Of a DNA stretch of 27,904 nucleotides, positions 1-11,876 are shown piece by piece (the stretch's first letter is position 1; each line of letters starts with the position of its first letter). The DNA lies in assembly GCA_964457525.1 (NCBI GenBank), contig CAYWGS010000009.1, forward strand, positions 1 through 27,904, given 5' to 3'. The position numbers and the translations under genes were made by a program. Source of the stretch: an uncultured Erysipelotrichaceae bacterium (GTDB taxonomy: Bacteria; Bacillota_I; Bacilli_A; Erysipelotrichales; Erysipelotrichaceae). The notes beneath the pieces are model-generated. The model was not told the origin of the DNA. It searched no databases and was given only the letters and a program-made list of their open reading frames with translations.

Positions 1-73
1 TGAGTTTTGGTTTAATTAGTAGAAGATTGATAACCTATTCTAGTGTATAATGTCATTCATGAATAAGGAGTTT

Positions 74-928
74 ATGATGAAAAAAATAGCTGTGTTAACA
101 GACTCAGGCAGTGGGATAAGTCAAACTGAGGCAAAAGAAATGGGAATATTTGTATTACCTTTACTCGTAATGGTTGAAGGTAAGACTTATAAAGATGGGG
201 AAGAGTTACAACTCGACGAACTCTATACAATGCTTATTGAAAAGAAACATCCTAAGACATCAACCCCTTTATATCAAAGCATTGAAAATATGTTGGTTAA
301 GATTAAGAATCTTGGTTATACCGATGTCATCGCATTACCCTTAACGTCTGGATTATCCAGTACGTTTCAATCGATAACAATTGCGGCTCAAGAAGTTAAT
401 ATCGATCTACATTTAGTGGATGTTTATAGCACATGTATGATTCAAAATCATTGTGCTAAATATGCACAAGATCTTGTAAATCAAGGTAAGTCAGCGGATG
501 AGATTGTGGGTGAACTTAATCGAATCGTTGCACAATCGAATACAATCATCCTTCCAAATGATCTCGATTATCTTAAACAAGGGGGTCGATTAACCCCACT
601 TGCGGCATCTCTTGCGAGTATGTTTAAGATTCGTCCTGTATTACAGTTAAATCAATCGGTTCAAGGTAAAATCGATGTACTAAGCAAAGTAAGAACAGAT
701 CGTAAAGCATTAGAACTAGCAATTGATACATTGGATGAAGCATTTAAATCTCAGAAATCTAAGATATATATCATTCATAGCGCTGCGGATGAGCGTTGTA
801 ATCAAGCTAAAGAGTTGTTAATTTCTAAAGGATATTCTGAAGATCAAATATCAATTCATGCGATTGCGGCTGTCATCGCATCGCATACAGGATTAGATTG
901 TTTAGGCATTCAATTTATTGCGGAATAG
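74..928 (+). CDS. DegV family fatty-acid-binding protein (FakB-like)
   Basis: ORF 50-928. The N-terminus MKKIAVLTDSGSG and the ~280-aa length are typical of the DegV family. AAGGAG at 65-70 precedes ATG 74/77. ATG 50 lies inside a TATAAT-like hexamer (46-51), so the first 8 ORF codons are probably not translated. Confidence 0.85.
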   Translation: MMKKIAVLTDSGSGISQTEAKEMGIFVLPLLVMVEGKTYKDGEELQLDELYTMLIEKKHPKTSTPLYQSIENMLVKIKNLGYTDVIALPLTSGLSSTFQSITIAAQEVNIDLHLVDVYSTCMIQNHCAKYAQDLVNQGKSADEIVGELNRIVAQSNTIILPNDLDYLKQGGRLTPLAASLASMFKIRPVLQLNQSVQGKIDVLSKVRTDRKALELAIDTLDEAFKSQKSKIYIIHSAADERCNQAKELLISKGYSEDQISIHAIAAVIASHTGLDCLGIQFIAE

Positions 929-961
929 ATATTTTTCGTTAAATTTATTACTAATAACACT

Positions 962-983
962 AAATCGCTTAAGCGATTTTTTT
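962..983 (+). terminator. Rho-independent terminator after degV
   Basis: Perfect hairpin AAATCGC (962-968) / GCGATTT (973-979) with loop TTAA. T-run 977-983, about 34 nt after the degV stop. Confidence 0.75.
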
Positions 984-1010
984 ATTCTACTCATTCAAAT
1001 ATTGGCTTTG

Positions 1011-1019
1011 TGATACAAT
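1011..1019 (+). promoter_or_regulatory. Candidate extended -10 promoter element for tdh-kbl
   Basis: TG-a-TACAAT (TG 1011-1012, TACAAT 1014-1019), with no convincing -35. GGAG at 1035-1038 lies 9 nt upstream of ATG 1048. Confidence 0.4.
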
Positions 1020-1047
1020 AGAACTATGAATAAATGGAGTACAAACA

Positions 1048-2112
1048 ATGATGACTAAAATGATCAGTTTAAGCAAAATTGAGCGTAAAAAAGGGATGGA
1101 ACTTATAATGAAAGACATTCCATCCATCAAAGAGGATGAAATATTAGTAAAGGTATTAGCCGCATCCGTATGTGGAACAGATGTGCATATCTATAGCTGG
1201 GATAATTGGGCACAAAATCGTATTAAAACGATTCCACAAACAATGGGACATGAACTTGCTGGTGAAGTTGTACAGGTTGGAAGTCGTGTCGATACCGTTA
1301 AAATAGGGGACATAGTTTCTGCGGAAACACATGTTGTTTGTAATAAATGTGAATTCTGTTTAACAGGAAGAGCGCATATTTGTAAGGATACATCGGTATT
1401 GGGGGTTGATCGTGATGGTGCATTTGCACAGTATGTTGCGATTCCTGCGGCTAATGCTTGGAAGAATGATCCATCGGTTCCACCTGAATATTTATCCATT
1501 CAAGAACCATTGGGAAATGCAGTACACACTGTTCTTGCACAAGATGTCATTGGTAAGACAGTTGCGATTGTTGGGGTAGGCCCAATCGGTATCATGGCAG
1601 TGGATGTCGCAAAGGCTGTTGGTGCAGCTCGCGTTATTGCGATTGATGTGAATGAATATCGTTTAAACTTAGCACAAAAAATTGGGGCAGATGTTTGCTT
1701 AAACGCACGTGATCCAGAACTTGTACAAAAAGTACTTGATCTAACAAGTGGTGCGGGAGTTGATGTTGTATGTGAAATGTCTGGTAATGGCATTGCGCTT
1801 AACCAAGCATTTGAATATTTAAAATTGGGTGGACACATTTCAATCTTAGGTGTACCGACCAAGAAAATAGAGATTGATGTATCCAATCATATCGTATTTA
1901 AAGGAATTACAATTCATGGTATTACGGGTAGAAAAATGTATGAAACCTGGTACCAAGTTAAAGGCTTGATTCAAAGTGGTAAACTTCACTTGGAAGATAT
2001 TGTTACACATAAATTACCATATACAGAATACCAACAAGCTATGGATTTAATGGAAAGTGGTAATTGTGGCAAGATTGTCTTAATGTTCAATCAGGAGAAG
2101 CCAAATGAGTAA
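1048..2112 (+). CDS. tdh: L-threonine 3-dehydrogenase (Zn-dependent MDR family)
   Basis: 354-aa ORF. Motifs [16 protein letters not shown] and GHELAGEV, a structural-Zn Cys cluster [15 protein letters not shown], and a Rossmann GVGPIG. Overlaps the kbl start by 8 nt, the classic tdh-kbl pairing. Confidence 0.9.
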   Translation: MMTKMISLSKIERKKGMELIMKDIPSIKEDEILVKVLAASVCGTDVHIYSWDNWAQNRIKTIPQTMGHELAGEVVQVGSRVDTVKIGDIVSAETHVVCNKCEFCLTGRAHICKDTSVLGVDRDGAFAQYVAIPAANAWKNDPSVPPEYLSIQEPLGNAVHTVLAQDVIGKTVAIVGVGPIGIMAVDVAKAVGAARVIAIDVNEYRLNLAQKIGADVCLNARDPELVQKVLDLTSGAGVDVVCEMSGNGIALNQAFEYLKLGGHISILGVPTKKIEIDVSNHIVFKGITIHGITGRKMYETWYQVKGLIQSGKLHLEDIVTHKLPYTEYQQAMDLMESGNCGKIVLMFNQEKPNE

Positions 2113-3289
2113 TATTCATGATTTAGATTTCTTGAGCAAACAAGTTCAAGATTTGAAAGATCAAGGTGTTTATCGTAAGATTCCAGTCCTTGAATCTGCG
2201 AATGATGCGGAAGTTGTGATTGATGGAAAGTCTGTAATCAACCTTTGTTCCAATAACTATTTAGGGTTTGCGACACATCCTCGTTTAAAGAAAGCTGCGA
2301 TTGAGGCAATTGAAAAATATGGAGTAGGGGCTGGAGCAGTTAAGACCATCGCTGGTAATTTAGATTTACACGAACAACTAGAAGCGGAACTCGCAAAGTT
2401 TAAAAAAGAAGAAGCAGTTATGTTGTTTCAATCTGGCTTTAATTGTAATGCAGGTGTAATTCAAGCGATTACTCAAGCAGGTGATTTGATTATTTCAGAT
2501 GAACTCAATCATGCGTCTATAATTGATGGTGTTCGATTATCAAGAGCGGATAAAGCTGTATTTAAGCATTCAGATATGCAAGATTTAGAGCGTATCTTAC
2601 TTGAGAAACGAAATCAATACAAGCAAGTTTTAATTATTACCGATGGTGTTTTCTCCATGGATGGTGATTTAGCTGAATTGCCTGAAATCGTAGAACTCGC
2701 TGAAAAATATGAATGTTTAACCTATGTCGATGATGCGCATGGGTCGGGTGTATTAGGCGAAAATGGAAGAGGAACTGTCGATCATTTCCATCTTCATGGA
2801 AGGATTGACTTCACTATTGGAACCTTATCCAAAGCCTTTGGTGTTATCGGTGGTTATGTTGCAGGAAGAAAAGTGATGAAAGAATGGTTAGCCCATCGTG
2901 CTCGACCACTTCTATTCTCAACCTATTTACCACCAGCAGTGGTTGCGCCGCTACTTGAAGCGGTTAAGATGTTAAATGAGTCGGATGAATATACAAAAGC
3001 ATGTTGGGATAATGCGAATTATTTTAAGACTAAAATGAAAGATGCTGGATTTGATATTGGTCATTCAGAGACACCCATTACACCAGTATTCATTGGAGAT
3101 GAAGCGAAAACTGTATCTTTCTCAAAAGCTTTATTAAGTGAAGGCGTTTATGTTTCTCCAATTATCTTCCCAACCGTTCCAAAAGGAACGGGAAGAGTTC
3201 GTGTTATGGTAAGTGCTGTTCACACCAAGGCTCAACTCGATCGTGCAATTGATGCATTCATACGTGTTAAAAAACAGTTAGATCAATAA
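2105..3289 (+). CDS. kbl: Glycine C-acetyltransferase (2-amino-3-ketobutyrate CoA ligase)
   Basis: 394-aa ORF of the alpha-oxoamine synthase family. Motifs [17 protein letters not shown] and PLP-lysine TLSKAFG. Translationally coupled to tdh. Confidence 0.9.
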   Translation: MSNIHDLDFLSKQVQDLKDQGVYRKIPVLESANDAEVVIDGKSVINLCSNNYLGFATHPRLKKAAIEAIEKYGVGAGAVKTIAGNLDLHEQLEAELAKFKKEEAVMLFQSGFNCNAGVIQAITQAGDLIISDELNHASIIDGVRLSRADKAVFKHSDMQDLERILLEKRNQYKQVLIITDGVFSMDGDLAELPEIVELAEKYECLTYVDDAHGSGVLGENGRGTVDHFHLHGRIDFTIGTLSKAFGVIGGYVAGRKVMKEWLAHRARPLLFSTYLPPAVVAPLLEAVKMLNESDEYTKACWDNANYFKTKMKDAGFDIGHSETPITPVFIGDEAKTVSFSKALLSEGVYVSPIIFPTVPKGTGRVRVMVSAVHTKAQLDRAIDAFIRVKKQLDQ

Positions 3290-3311
3290 CCAAAGATTTT
3301 CTTTGGTTTTT
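3290..3311 (+). terminator. Rho-independent terminator after kbl
   Basis: CCAAAGA (3290-3296) / TCTTTGG (3300-3306) with loop TTT, then T-run 3307-3311. Starts directly after the kbl stop (3287-3289). Confidence 0.7.
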
Positions 3312-3346
3312 CTTTGGGCACTTTGAATTAGTGAAAAAAGTTGCTA

Positions 3347-3355
3347 TGGTATAAT
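3347..3355 (+). promoter_or_regulatory. Candidate extended -10 promoter for the nitroreductase-gnd-zwf-patatin unit
   Basis: TG-g-TATAAT (TG 3347-3348, TATAAT 3350-3355), downstream of the kbl terminator. AAGGAG at 3369-3374 precedes ATG 3379. Confidence 0.45.
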
Positions 3356-3378
3356 CAAACCATTGATTAAGGAGTCGT

Positions 3379-3933
3379 ATGAGAACATTTAATTTTGATA
3401 TTTTAGAAACGATAAAGAAACGCTGGTCAGCACGTGCCCTAAGTGAAAAAGAAGTAAAGCGTGAAGATGTATACGCATTAATTGAAGCCGCAAGTTTTGC
3501 ACCATCTGCTATGAATGAACAACCATGGCGATTCATCATTGGACATGAGAATGAAACACTGATAAAACTTTGTGAAAGTTTAAGTTCAAGCAATCAAGAA
3601 TGGGCAAATCGAGCACCTGTACTCATTTGTTTGTTATCTAAAAAGACACATGAGCGAAATGGAAGAGAAAATAAATATCACATTTTCGATAGTGGAACTG
3701 CCTTTGGATTTTTAAGCTTAGAGGCAACTCAACGTGGACTAATAGCACATGGAATGGGTGGATTCGATAAGGACAAAGTTCGTGAAATGTTTAAGATAGA
3801 AAATGAATATGACATCGTTTTAATGATTGCGGTTGCATATTATGGAGATAAATCCTTATTAAGTGAATCCAACCAAGTTCGTGAGAATCCAGGAAACCGA
3901 AAATCATACAAGGATATTATCATTCAAGAATAA
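3379..3933 (+). CDS. Nitroreductase family protein (NAD(P)H-flavin oxidoreductase fold)
   Basis: 184-aa ORF. RWSARA...APSAMNEQPWRF is the typical N-terminal nitroreductase signature. The substrate cannot be inferred. Confidence 0.8.
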   Translation: MRTFNFDILETIKKRWSARALSEKEVKREDVYALIEAASFAPSAMNEQPWRFIIGHENETLIKLCESLSSSNQEWANRAPVLICLLSKKTHERNGRENKYHIFDSGTAFGFLSLEATQRGLIAHGMGGFDKDKVREMFKIENEYDIVLMIAVAYYGDKSLLSESNQVRENPGNRKSYKDIIIQE

Positions 3934-3967
3934 ATATACGATACAATAGAAAATAAGGAGAATGGGT

Positions 3968-5380
3968 ATGAAAAAAAATATTGGTGTTATTGGAATGGCA
4001 GTTATGGGAAAGAACTTAGCCTTAAATATTGCGGATCATGGCTATTCTGTTTCCATTTATAACCGTACTACAGAAGTCATGGAAGAGGTTCTTAAAGAGA
4101 ATCCAAATTCTGGATTAACAGGCTATAAAACATTAGAAGACTTTGTGGCTTCACTTGAATCACCGCGTAAGATTATTGTGATGGTTAAAGCAGGGAAACC
4201 AGTCGATGCGATATTAGATCAATTAATACCTTTAATCGATAAAGGGGATATTGTCGTTGATGCAGGGAATTCATTCTATCTTGATACCATTCGTAGAGAG
4301 AAATACTATCGTGATTTAGGCTTTAACTTTGTAGGGATGGGTGTTTCAGGTGGTGAAGAAGGAGCACGTTTTGGACCAGCAATTATGCCTGGTGGTAGTT
4401 TAGAAGCGCATGCTCATTTAAAACCAATCTTAGAGGCAATCTCCGCAAAAGTGGATGGTGAGCCATGTACAACCTATATTGGTACGGATGGCGCTGGTCA
4501 CTATGTTAAGATGGTGCATAATGGGATTGAATACGGAGATATGGAACTTATCTCAGAAGCGTATCATCTATTGAAGGATGTGGCTGGATTAAGCAATAAA
4601 GAACTCGCAGATGTCTTTACAGAATGGAATAAAGGGGATTTAAACTCTTACTTAATTGAAATCACTAGTCATATCTTTAAGACAAAAGATGATTTAAGTG
4701 ATAAAGATATCATTGATGTCATCAAAGATAATGCAGGACAAAAAGGAACAGGTATCTGGACAACCAAAGAATCCATGGATTTAGGTGTACATACATCGGT
4801 TATTACCAGTGCAGTATTTGCACGATTCATTTCAGCGCGTCGTTCTGAACGAATTCATGCGAAGAATCTTTTACCCGTTAATACAACTAAGATTGATGTA
4901 AATCGTGAAGAGTTTATTGAAAAGGTTCGTTTAGCACTATATCTATCTAAGATTGTTTCCTATGCACAAGGCTTTGTATTACTTGCGGAAGCGGCTAAAC
5001 ACTACAATTGGAATTTAGATTTCAAATCAATCTCTAAGATTTTTAGAGGAGGTTGTATTATTCGTGCCCAATTCTTAAATCGTATTGCGGAAGCGTATGA
5101 AAAGAATCCTAACTTAGAAAACTTACTCTTAGATGATTACTTTATGGATATTGTTAAAAATGGTTTAGGCGCATTGCGTGAAGTAAACTCCATCGCAGTT
5201 CTCAGTGGAATTCCAGTTCCAGCACTAAATTCCGCAATAAGTTACTATGATGCGTATCGTAGTGATGCGCTCAGTACAAACTTAGTACAAGCACAACGAG
5301 ATTATTTTGGTGCACATACCTATGAACGTTTAGATCGTGAAGGTTCATTCCACTTTGAAACTTGGGGTAAAAATGTTTAA
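3968..5380 (+). CDS. gnd: 6-phosphogluconate dehydrogenase, decarboxylating
   Basis: ORF 3962-5380. Motifs IGVIGMAVMGKNLALN and GAGHYVKMVHNGIEYGDM. AAGGAG at 3955-3960 is 7 nt from ATG 3968 but only 1 nt from ATG 3962, so 3968 is preferred. Confidence 0.92.
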   Translation: MKKNIGVIGMAVMGKNLALNIADHGYSVSIYNRTTEVMEEVLKENPNSGLTGYKTLEDFVASLESPRKIIVMVKAGKPVDAILDQLIPLIDKGDIVVDAGNSFYLDTIRREKYYRDLGFNFVGMGVSGGEEGARFGPAIMPGGSLEAHAHLKPILEAISAKVDGEPCTTYIGTDGAGHYVKMVHNGIEYGDMELISEAYHLLKDVAGLSNKELADVFTEWNKGDLNSYLIEITSHIFKTKDDLSDKDIIDVIKDNAGQKGTGIWTTKESMDLGVHTSVITSAVFARFISARRSERIHAKNLLPVNTTKIDVNREEFIEKVRLALYLSKIVSYAQGFVLLAEAAKHYNWNLDFKSISKIFRGGCIIRAQFLNRIAEAYEKNPNLENLLLDDYFMDIVKNGLGALREVNSIAVLSGIPVPALNSAISYYDAYRSDALSTNLVQAQRDYFGAHTYERLDREGSFHFETWGKNV

Positions 5381-6800
5381 GAATCCAAGCTTTGTATTTA
5401 CGATCTTTGGATCAACAGGCGATTTAACCTATCGTAAGCTTTTACCTGCGTTGTATCATTTGAAACACCGTAATCGTTTAAGTGAAGATACGGTTATTCG
5501 TTGTATTGGTCGTAAGGATTATCGTAAAGAAGAATACATTGCGATTATTGAACCTTGGATCAAGAAACAAAGTCGTTTTAACTTTGATCAAAACGTTTTC
5601 GATGAGTTTGTAAAGCATATACAATACATAAAAATGGAGTTTACCGAAAAAGAAGCTTATACGACACTACTTGATTACCCAATCGGATTGGATAACTTAT
5701 ATTACTTTGCGGTGGCACCAGAATTCTTTAATGTGATTACCGAAGGTTTGAATCATGTGAACTATCTCAATGATTTTAAACATCGTGTTATTTTAGAGAA
5801 ACCATTTGGGGATTCATTATCGCATGCGATTGAAGTCAATCGAGTTTTAAGTCAATCATTTGGTTCAGAGAATATTTATCATATTGATCATTACTTAGGT
5901 AAAGAAATGATTCAGAATATCCTAGCCATTCGTTTTGGTAATCGAATGTTTGAATCCGTTTGGAATCACAACAATATCGAACAAATCCAAATCACCGCAT
6001 CTGAGACGGTAGGGGTTGAAACGCGTGGCTCATATTATGAACAAGCCGGTGCTCTAAAGGATATGTTACAGAATCATTTGTTGCAGATTATGAGCTATGT
6101 GTTGATGGATAAACCGGATACACTATCAAGCAAAGATATGTTAATTCGACAAAAAGCTGTCATGGAATCGATTGTTTTAGATGATCTAGTCTTAGCGCAA
6201 TACGATACCAATGGAGATACACTTGCCTATCGAAACGAGAAGAATGTACATCCAAACTCACAAGTTGAGACCTATGCGGCTGTTCGTGTTCATCTTCATG
6301 ATGGAGAGTTGAAGAATGTTCCTATTTTCTTGAGAACAGGAAAACGTTTAAATCAAAGAGCTACTTATATTAAGATTATCTTCAAACCATCTTCATCAAA
6401 TCTATATTCGAACTTACATCAAGAAGTTATTACAATCAAAGTTCAACCCGATGAAGGGGTAAGTTTAAGTTTCAATGCGAAGAAACCTGGAACGCTAAAT
6501 ACAATTACGAATGTAAAAATGGATTTCTGTCAAAGTTGTATTTTAGAAAACAGAATAAATACGCCAGAAGCGTATGAAAGATTATTAGATGATGCGTTTG
6601 GTCATGATGATACGTTGTTTACCCCATGGCCAATTGTTGAGATGAGTTGGAAGTTTGGTGAAACCATTCGTTCATTTGTATCTGAACAGAAGCGCTCATT
6701 AGTCTATTATCAAGCCAACACTCAAGGCCCTAAAGAAGCGAATGAAATGCTTAATAAAGAAGGATTTGAGTGGTTGGATGAGGATGAAATATCCTATTAG
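5373..6800 (+). CDS. zwf: Glucose-6-phosphate 1-dehydrogenase
   Basis: ORF 5337-6800. Motifs FGSTGDLTYRKLLPALYHL, EKPFG and HIDHYLGKE. The likely start ATG 5373 (MFKNPSFVFTIFG) overlaps the gnd stop by 8 nt. Confidence 0.92.
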   Translation: MFKNPSFVFTIFGSTGDLTYRKLLPALYHLKHRNRLSEDTVIRCIGRKDYRKEEYIAIIEPWIKKQSRFNFDQNVFDEFVKHIQYIKMEFTEKEAYTTLLDYPIGLDNLYYFAVAPEFFNVITEGLNHVNYLNDFKHRVILEKPFGDSLSHAIEVNRVLSQSFGSENIYHIDHYLGKEMIQNILAIRFGNRMFESVWNHNNIEQIQITASETVGVETRGSYYEQAGALKDMLQNHLLQIMSYVLMDKPDTLSSKDMLIRQKAVMESIVLDDLVLAQYDTNGDTLAYRNEKNVHPNSQVETYAAVRVHLHDGELKNVPIFLRTGKRLNQRATYIKIIFKPSSSNLYSNLHQEVITIKVQPDEGVSLSFNAKKPGTLNTITNVKMDFCQSCILENRINTPEAYERLLDDAFGHDDTLFTPWPIVEMSWKFGETIRSFVSEQKRSLVYYQANTQGPKEANEMLNKEGFEWLDEDEISY

Positions 6801-6807
6801 GTGAACT

Positions 6808-7692
6808 ATGCGTAAAAAATGTGGATTAGCTTTAAGTGGTGGTGGGATTAAAGCATATTGCCAAGTTGGGGTTGTAAAGTTTCTCAAGGAGAGTGGTTTT
6901 AAACTCGATGCTTATGCAGGTACGAGTATGGGGTCAATTGTGGCCACATTACTTGCGCACGACATTCCAATTACACAAGTTGAGAATAGTTTATTAAAGA
7001 TTGAGAAGATTGTGATGGATGAAAATTTACTCGCTCCATCCAATGCTCAAGTGTTTCCTTTATTAACACGCTCGATTACTGGCTTAATAGATCCAAGCCG
7101 ATTTGTTAGGATTATCGAAGAAGAATTTGAACAATATAACATCAAGTATATTAAGGATGTAAAGTTTCCTTTAGTCATTACTTCAGTTGATTTGATTAGT
7201 GGTAAGATTGTTTATTTTACCAATCGTAAAGAATTAATTAAATCTCAATATAAGTATTTTATTATCATGGATGATGTACTTCTTATTGATGCGATTCGTG
7301 CCTCTTGTTCGTTCCCAATGGTATTTACTACGATGGACTACCGGGATATGCAACTTGTAGATGGTGGTGTATTGATGAATATACCTGTTGCACCACTCAA
7401 GAGTATGGGCTTAGAGAAGGTTTTATCCATTTCAATGGACAGTTTTAATGAATACCAAGGAAGTACAAAAGTTACAGAAATTGGTGCTAGGATTGTTGAT
7501 TTAATGGCGAATCATTCAAACAATGCAATGTTAAGTTTATCGGATTTTAACATTAATGTGTTTGATAAGAAGATTGGCATATTCTCTTTTGGTCAAGGTA
7601 AAAATGCGATTAATTTAGGTTATCAAGTCGCGCAAATCGAAAAAAAGAGTATTCTTGAATTTAAGAACACTCTAAATAAATTTTTCTTTTAA
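6808..7692 (+). CDS. Patatin-like phospholipase family protein
   Basis: 294-aa ORF. Oxyanion motif SGGGIKA, nucleophile GTSMG (GxSxG) and catalytic VDGG are all present. Starts 7 nt after the zwf stop. Confidence 0.85.
   Translation: MRKKCGLALSGGGIKAYCQVGVVKFLKESGFKLDAYAGTSMGSIVATLLAHDIPITQVENSLLKIEKIVMDENLLAPSNAQVFPLLTRSITGLIDPSRFVRIIEEEFEQYNIKYIKDVKFPLVITSVDLISGKIVYFTNRKELIKSQYKYFIIMDDVLLIDAIRASCSFPMVFTTMDYRDMQLVDGGVLMNIPVAPLKSMGLEKVLSISMDSFNEYQGSTKVTEIGARIVDLMANHSNNAMLSLSDFNINVFDKKIGIFSFGQGKNAINLGYQVAQIEKKSILEFKNTLNKFFF
7640..7672 (-). terminator. Rho-independent terminator of mutY, inside the patatin-like gene 3' coding region
   Basis: Minus-strand read: GAGTGTTCTT-AAATTC-AAGAATACTC (10-bp stem, one G-U) followed by TTTTTTT (plus-strand A-run 7640-7646). 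The hairpin begins at the last base of the mutY stop codon (7672-7674). Confidence 0.75.
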
Positions 7693-8763
7693 GTAATTAC
7701 GATGGACCGTAATAATAGGGAGTGACTCACTCTCTTTTTTTGTGACCCAAATAATTTCATCACTTGTTTGATTGGTTTGTGCCATATAGAAGTTAACTAT
7801 CCAAACCTTATGACTAAAGACATGCTTAATCGATGAATCAAATTCTGCATTTATATCAATCAATTGATTGAGCCGAGGTAAGCGATAATAACCACTCATT
7901 AACTTATCATCATGATTGAGTGTTAAAGCAAATTGATTTTGATCATTTAAACACAACACAACATCAATGACTTCTTCTTTCTTTACGAGTTGTTTATTGG
8001 GTTTTGGATATAAAGAAACAGTTTGAGTTTGGTATGCTTTACAATAATCTTGTAAAGGACATTTTTCACATTTTGCGGGTTTGTTGCAGATGAGTGCACC
8101 AAGTTCCATTAAGGCTTGAGTTAGATGGGTTGGTTCCACAGTCTTCATCCAATCTTCGATTTGATTCTTCACAAAGTTATAGAAATATTTTTTATCATCA
8201 CTTTCTTCTAATGTGAACAATCGACTCATAACACGCTTAACATTTCCATCTATCGCAGCTGTTTTCTCATTGAAACAGATTGAGGCAATTGCGCTTGATG
8301 TATAATCACCAATTCCAGGTAATTTCTCGATATCTTCTTTTGTGTTAGGGAATACATTATTAAAATCTTGTTTAATGATGAGTGCTGCTTTCTTAATATT
8401 TTTAACCCTAGAATAATAGCCTAAACCTTCCCATAATCGATAAAGTTCTTCATCTTCTGACAATGATAAATGTTCCAATGTAGGATATTGATTCATCCAT
8501 CTTTCATAATAGGGAATGAGTGTATCTATCTGGGTTTGCTGGGCCATGATTTCACTAATCCAAACCCGATACGGATCTTGATTTTTGCGAAAAGGTAATT
8601 CTCTTTTGTTTTCTAAGTACCACTGTACAAGTTGTGTGTGAATTTGCATAGAATTATTATAATGAAAAGACAGATTAAAAGCGAGATTACTCGCTTCTAA
8701 TAGTTTATATCGTGTCCTTCTGGCTATAAGGGAGGGAAATGAAGATTCAGAAGGAAAGGTCAT
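7672..8763 (-). CDS. mutY: A/G-specific adenine DNA glycosylase
   Basis: HhH-GPD region LPGIGDYTSSAIASICF...AIDGNVKRV, Fe-S loop CNKPAKCEKCPLQDYC, and a NUDIX-like C-terminal domain. The start is uncertain: the conserved region begins at the internal Met (ATG 8649-8647), and neither ATG has a clear RBS. Confidence 0.88.
   Translation of the reverse strand: MTFPSESSFPSLIARRTRYKLLEASNLAFNLSFHYNNSMQIHTQLVQWYLENKRELPFRKNQDPYRVWISEIMAQQTQIDTLIPYYERWMNQYPTLEHLSLSEDEELYRLWEGLGYYSRVKNIKKAALIIKQDFNNVFPNTKEDIEKLPGIGDYTSSAIASICFNEKTAAIDGNVKRVMSRLFTLEESDDKKYFYNFVKNQIEDWMKTVEPTHLTQALMELGALICNKPAKCEKCPLQDYCKAYQTQTVSLYPKPNKQLVKKEEVIDVVLCLNDQNQFALTLNHDDKLMSGYYRLPRLNQLIDINAEFDSSIKHVFSHKVWIVNFYMAQTNQTSDEIIWVTKKESESLPIITVHRNYLKEKFI
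7718..7741 (+). terminator. Rho-independent terminator of the gnd-zwf-patatin unit, inside the mutY 3' coding region
   Basis: GGGAGTG (7718-7724) / CACTCTC (7728-7734), 7 bp including one G-U, loop ACT, then seven T (7735-7741). Lies 26 nt after the patatin-like stop. Confidence 0.65.
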
Positions 8764-8851
8764 TGGTTTTTCTTGTCTATATTATATAGAATGTTCAAAC
8801 GCTTAGTGTGAAAGCTATGTGAAAGATATTTTACATGTGTTGTATCAAATG

Positions 8852-8860
8852 TGATATAAT
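8852..8860 (+). promoter_or_regulatory. Candidate extended -10 promoter for the typA-tgt-queA-queH unit
   Basis: TG-a-TATAAT (TG 8852-8853, TATAAT 8855-8860). AAGAGG at about 8875-8880 precedes ATG 8888. Confidence 0.45.
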
Positions 8861-8887
8861 GCTTTAGTTTAGTAAAAGAGGACCTTA

Positions 8888-11875
<2,988 letters not shown>

Positions 11876-11876
<1 letters not shown>

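Noticed and set aside
50-73. The upstream ATG at 50, which would give an 8-residue longer DegV.
   Set aside because: That ATG overlaps a TATAAT-like hexamer and has no RBS, whereas AAGGAG (65-70) serves ATG 74/77 and the family-typical N-terminus MKKIAVLTDS.
962-979. Palindrome ATCGCTTAAGCGAT downstream of degV, considered as a cre or operator site.
   Set aside because: It fits cre poorly at the outer positions. It is flanked by an A-run and T-run directly after a stop codon, so an intrinsic terminator is the simpler reading.
1191-1886. Two minus-strand ORFs (102 and 128 aa) antisense to tdh.
   Set aside because: They lie entirely inside a strongly motif-supported tdh CDS. The translations are Ser/Thr/Ala/Pro/Cys-rich low-complexity sequence typical of antisense frames, with no RBS.
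3267-3593. 108-aa minus-strand ORF spanning the kbl terminator and the nitroreductase start.
   Set aside because: It runs through a terminator, a promoter and the 5' end of a well-supported plus-strand gene, and the protein has no recognisable features. The same reasoning applies to the other antisense or alternate-frame ORFs in the track: 6699-6887, 9733-9948, 11170-11394, 13906-14097, 14261-14464, 15483-15665, 19857-20114, 22903-23166, 23634-23816 and 24322-24711.
6808-7692. The patatin-like phospholipase as a CapV-like effector of a CBASS-type defence operon.
   Set aside because: There is no cyclase, E1/E2/JAB or other signalling gene nearby. The gene is embedded in a gnd-zwf housekeeping unit and flanked by mutY, so it resembles chromosomal YlbK/RssA-type patatins.
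8764-8887. Looked for a preQ1 riboswitch upstream of the typA-tgt-queA-queH unit.
   Set aside because: There is no CCCTC...AAAAAACTA-type preQ1-I core or comparable pseudoknot. The region holds only promoter-like elements and a short AT palindrome (CTATATTATATAG, 8777-8789).
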